Shown: piece after piece, positions 15,759-17,986 of the stretch
Layout: each line of letters opens with the position of its first letter
Numbering within the stretch: the first letter of the stretch is position 1
Assembly (NCBI GenBank): GCA_034722055.1
Contig: JAYENL010000053.1
Location: forward strand, 28,653-46,638
DNA length: 17,986 bases
Reading direction: 5' to 3'
DNA from: Armatimonadota bacterium
GTDB taxonomy: Bacteria > Armatimonadota > Zipacnadia > Zipacnadales > UBA5352
Notes under the pieces: generated by a model
Seen by the model: the letters and a program-made list of their open reading frames with translations, nothing else
Told to the model about the DNA's origin: nothing
The model's database searches: none
Made by a program: the position numbers and the translations under genes

Positions 15759-16055
15759 TGCGAGCACCTCCGTCCCTGCTGTCATGCAGCGTGATGCTCT
15801 TCGCCGGACCTGCTGCCGATGCCTGCGTCGGGCTCGCCCTGATGGTGGAAGATAAGGGACGGCCCAGTCCGGTGGTAGCAATCCGTGGCGGCTCTGGTTT
15901 ATCATTGGCGGGATGGAGGTTTCTTCTGCCCACCTGTGTAATGATAAGCCTGCGAGACACGAAGTTAACGGTGAAGGCACATGAACGAAGTCTCTACGCC
16001 TCCGCATAGGGCCCGTCCAGGGGCTGATGCGCCCCAGCGGAGAGGAGGAGTTCCG

Positions 16056-17264
16056 ATGCGGCGAGCGACGGTTGTTGCAGCGATGCTGCTCCTGCCGGCA
16101 TACTGCCACGCGGCCGAAGCACCGGTGAGTTGGTGGGAGCGGGACCCGAACGTGCCGGAGGAGGACAGGGGGACCTGGATCACAGACATGAGCTTCCGCG
16201 GGGACGACGGGCTGGTGGCCCTCAGCAACGGGCACCTTTGGCTGACCAGGAACCGAGGCGGCAACTGGGGTGGGATCGATCTGGAAGAGAAGCTGAACCG
16301 AAGAGGCATTCGCCCCATGGCGTGCGCTGTCGATGGGGACACCATGATCGTGGCTGCGAAAACCAGCCACATGCCTTTCATGTGCTGTTCCCTCGACGGT
16401 GGGCACACATGGGAAACGGGGTTGATCCGGGCGACCGACCCCACGTTCGCCCTCCGGGCCGAGTGGTGGATCAGCGCCATGGACATCGATCCCGGAACAC
16501 TCAACGCCATGGCCGTCGGCCAGGCGACGCACGAAGGTGAGGACCACCCACGCCTGGTCGTAGTGGGAACGTACGACGGAGGGCGGCACTGGCATGGGCT
16601 GCCACGGATCTCCCTCGCCGGCACCCAGCGCTTGACAGGCGTATGCTGCAGGCTGGATGGCGCGTCCTTCGTCTGCGGCGAGTATGGCCTGCTGGTCAGC
16701 TACGTTGACGGCAACCGCTCATGGTCCGAGCCGCCCATCGGCGAGCTCTACAGGTCTGATAACGACTTCCAGTGCATGACGTCGGTGGCCCACGAGAACG
16801 CGATCTGGGCGGCCACCAACACAGGCTGGGTCCTACGCCTGGACGCACGCCACGGAGTCTGGCATACATCGCGCGCCTTCGAGCCCACGGGGAGCCGGGA
16901 GCGGGAGTGGGTGGACGTTGACATGGCCATGGCCAGCGCGACCCACGGGGTCCTCATTGCGCCGCAGGGGATATACCGCACTACCGACGGGGGCAAGACA
17001 TGGCTGGGCCCGGACACCATACGTCGCGATCCGCGGGAGCGTTCCAGCGCGGACCGGCCCAGAGGCGACCTGGTGGCTGCATTCACAGCCCTTCGGCGGG
17101 GGCCGTGGGAGGCCTTCAGGCTGGGGTCCCCCGGCGCCCGTGACTGGCCCCACAGAACCACGGTGAGGCGGCCCTCCCTGTTGATGTTCCACGGCCTCCT
17201 GATCAGGCAACCGGCGCCGCCGCAGCCCGGGCCGCGCCTGCCGTTCGGTCTGCCGCGACACTGA
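16056..17264 (+). CDS. Secreted BNR/Asp-box (Ycf48/xyloglucanase-like) beta-propeller protein
   Basis: GAGGAGGAG RBS; signal peptide MRRATVVAAMLLLPAYCHA; Asp-boxes TRNRGGNW, SLDGGHTW, TYDGGRHW, TTDGGKTW; 402 aa. Confidence 0.72.
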   Translation: MRRATVVAAMLLLPAYCHAAEAPVSWWERDPNVPEEDRGTWITDMSFRGDDGLVALSNGHLWLTRNRGGNWGGIDLEEKLNRRGIRPMACAVDGDTMIVAAKTSHMPFMCCSLDGGHTWETGLIRATDPTFALRAEWWISAMDIDPGTLNAMAVGQATHEGEDHPRLVVVGTYDGGRHWHGLPRISLAGTQRLTGVCCRLDGASFVCGEYGLLVSYVDGNRSWSEPPIGELYRSDNDFQCMTSVAHENAIWAATNTGWVLRLDARHGVWHTSRAFEPTGSREREWVDVDMAMASATHGVLIAPQGIYRTTDGGKTWLGPDTIRRDPRERSSADRPRGDLVAAFTALRRGPWEAFRLGSPGARDWPHRTTVRRPSLLMFHGLLIRQPAPPQPGPRLPFGLPRH

Positions 17265-17391
17265 TGGCTCCGCCGTCGCGCGGCGATGTCCGCTCCATCG
17301 TCACATGCTGACACCGAGCAGGGGGAGGCGTGGGCGCCTCGCGGTCGAATTGTGCTGACGTAACACACCATGCCGCCGCGAGGTGCCTGCC

Positions 17392-17986
17392 ATGAGAGCC
17401 CTCAGCCGCGTGCTTCTGCTCGGATGCGTCATCTTGCTCTGCCTCCCGGCCTCCATCCTGGCGCAGCCGCCCGACGATGAGATCGTTCTCCCCCACCTTG
17501 AGGCCGCGCCCCGGATCGACGGGAATCTCGACGAGCCGGTCTGGAAGGAGGCGGCGGTGGCGGACGACTTCACGCTGCCCCTGACCGACACCCCGCCCGA
17601 GAAGGCCACCACGGCGCGGATCGGATTCACCGAGGAGGGCATCTTCATCGGCGCGCAAATGGCCGAGCCCGAGCCCGCCAGCCTCAAGACCGAGGCCCAG
17701 GATGGCGGCAGCGACGTCTGGAAGGACGACTGCCTGGAGGTGTGGGTGCGGGCCACGGAGGACCGCGCGGACCTCGACCAGTTCATCGTCAACGCCGCTG
17801 GCGCCCGCCAGCGCGTCAGGTCCCGCACCTCGGGCATGGAGACCCCACAGCCGCAGTTCCGGGCCGCGGCCACCGTCGGCGAGCGTGCCTGGACGGTGGA
17901 GCTGTTCCTCGACTTCGACGGGATCGGCCTTCAGCAGACGCCCCAGCCCGGCGACATGGTGCAGCTCAAGCTCGGTCGGGAGGACC
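17392..17986 (+). CDS. Secreted protein with CBM9-like (DOMON-like) sugar-binding domain, partial (runs off the window)
   Basis: Not in the ORF track. Translated by hand: MRALSRVLLLGCVILLCLPASILA..APRIDGNLDEPVWKEA..VWKDDCLEVWV..QFIVNAAGA..WTVELFLDF; GAGGTG RBS. Confidence 0.82.
   Translation, partial: MRALSRVLLLGCVILLCLPASILAQPPDDEIVLPHLEAAPRIDGNLDEPVWKEAAVADDFTLPLTDTPPEKATTARIGFTEEGIFIGAQMAEPEPASLKTEAQDGGSDVWKDDCLEVWVRATEDRADLDQFIVNAAGARQRVRSRTSGMETPQPQFRAAATVGERAWTVELFLDFDGIGLQQTPQPGDMVQLKLGRED

Noticed and set aside
12288..15794. 1168-aa plus-strand ORF (likewise 454-1290, 1187-2326, 1980-4277, 4169-5533, 5853-7427, 9584-11155)
   Set aside because: Antisense shadow ORFs of real high-GC genes; no motifs.
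15905..16045. Fluoride or other riboswitch (GGCGGGATGGAG..GCC, GCTGATG)
   Set aside because: Spacing and pseudoknot pairing do not fit the consensus, and the downstream gene is unrelated.
15759..16595. N-terminal extension making the large protein 1854 aa
   Set aside because: It overlaps the divergent BNR gene; the RBS and signal peptide point to the GTG at 15758.

Overview
High-GC bacterial chromosomal window. The gene content (copper-amine-oxidase-N-terminal 'stalk' domain proteins, large secreted glycan-active proteins) is reminiscent of Armatimonadota, but that is only an impression. Left to right: (i) a non-coding mosaic of REP-like hairpins (16-434) followed by a tandem palindromic operator-like 13-mer; (ii) a minus-strand operon under a near-consensus sigma70 promoter: stalk-domain protein, cdd, polysaccharide deacetylase-stalk fusion, mnmA (no canonical start codon) and a CpsB/YwqE-type PHP phosphatase; (iii) an fucK-like L-fuculokinase; (iv) an accessory patch with a tandem vapB-vapB-vapC toxin-antitoxin locus, a truncated Gfo/Idh/MocA gene and a BioB-like radical SAM gene; (v) secreted carbohydrate-active proteins: a PL11-like beta-propeller lipoprotein, a ~1575 aa heparinase II/III-like multidomain protein, a BNR/Ycf48-like propeller and a CBM9-like protein running off the right edge. 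The most unusual items are the two-antitoxin VapBC locus, the multi-family REP mosaic and the apparent CTG start of mnmA. All assignments come from motif recognition by eye; no searches were run.
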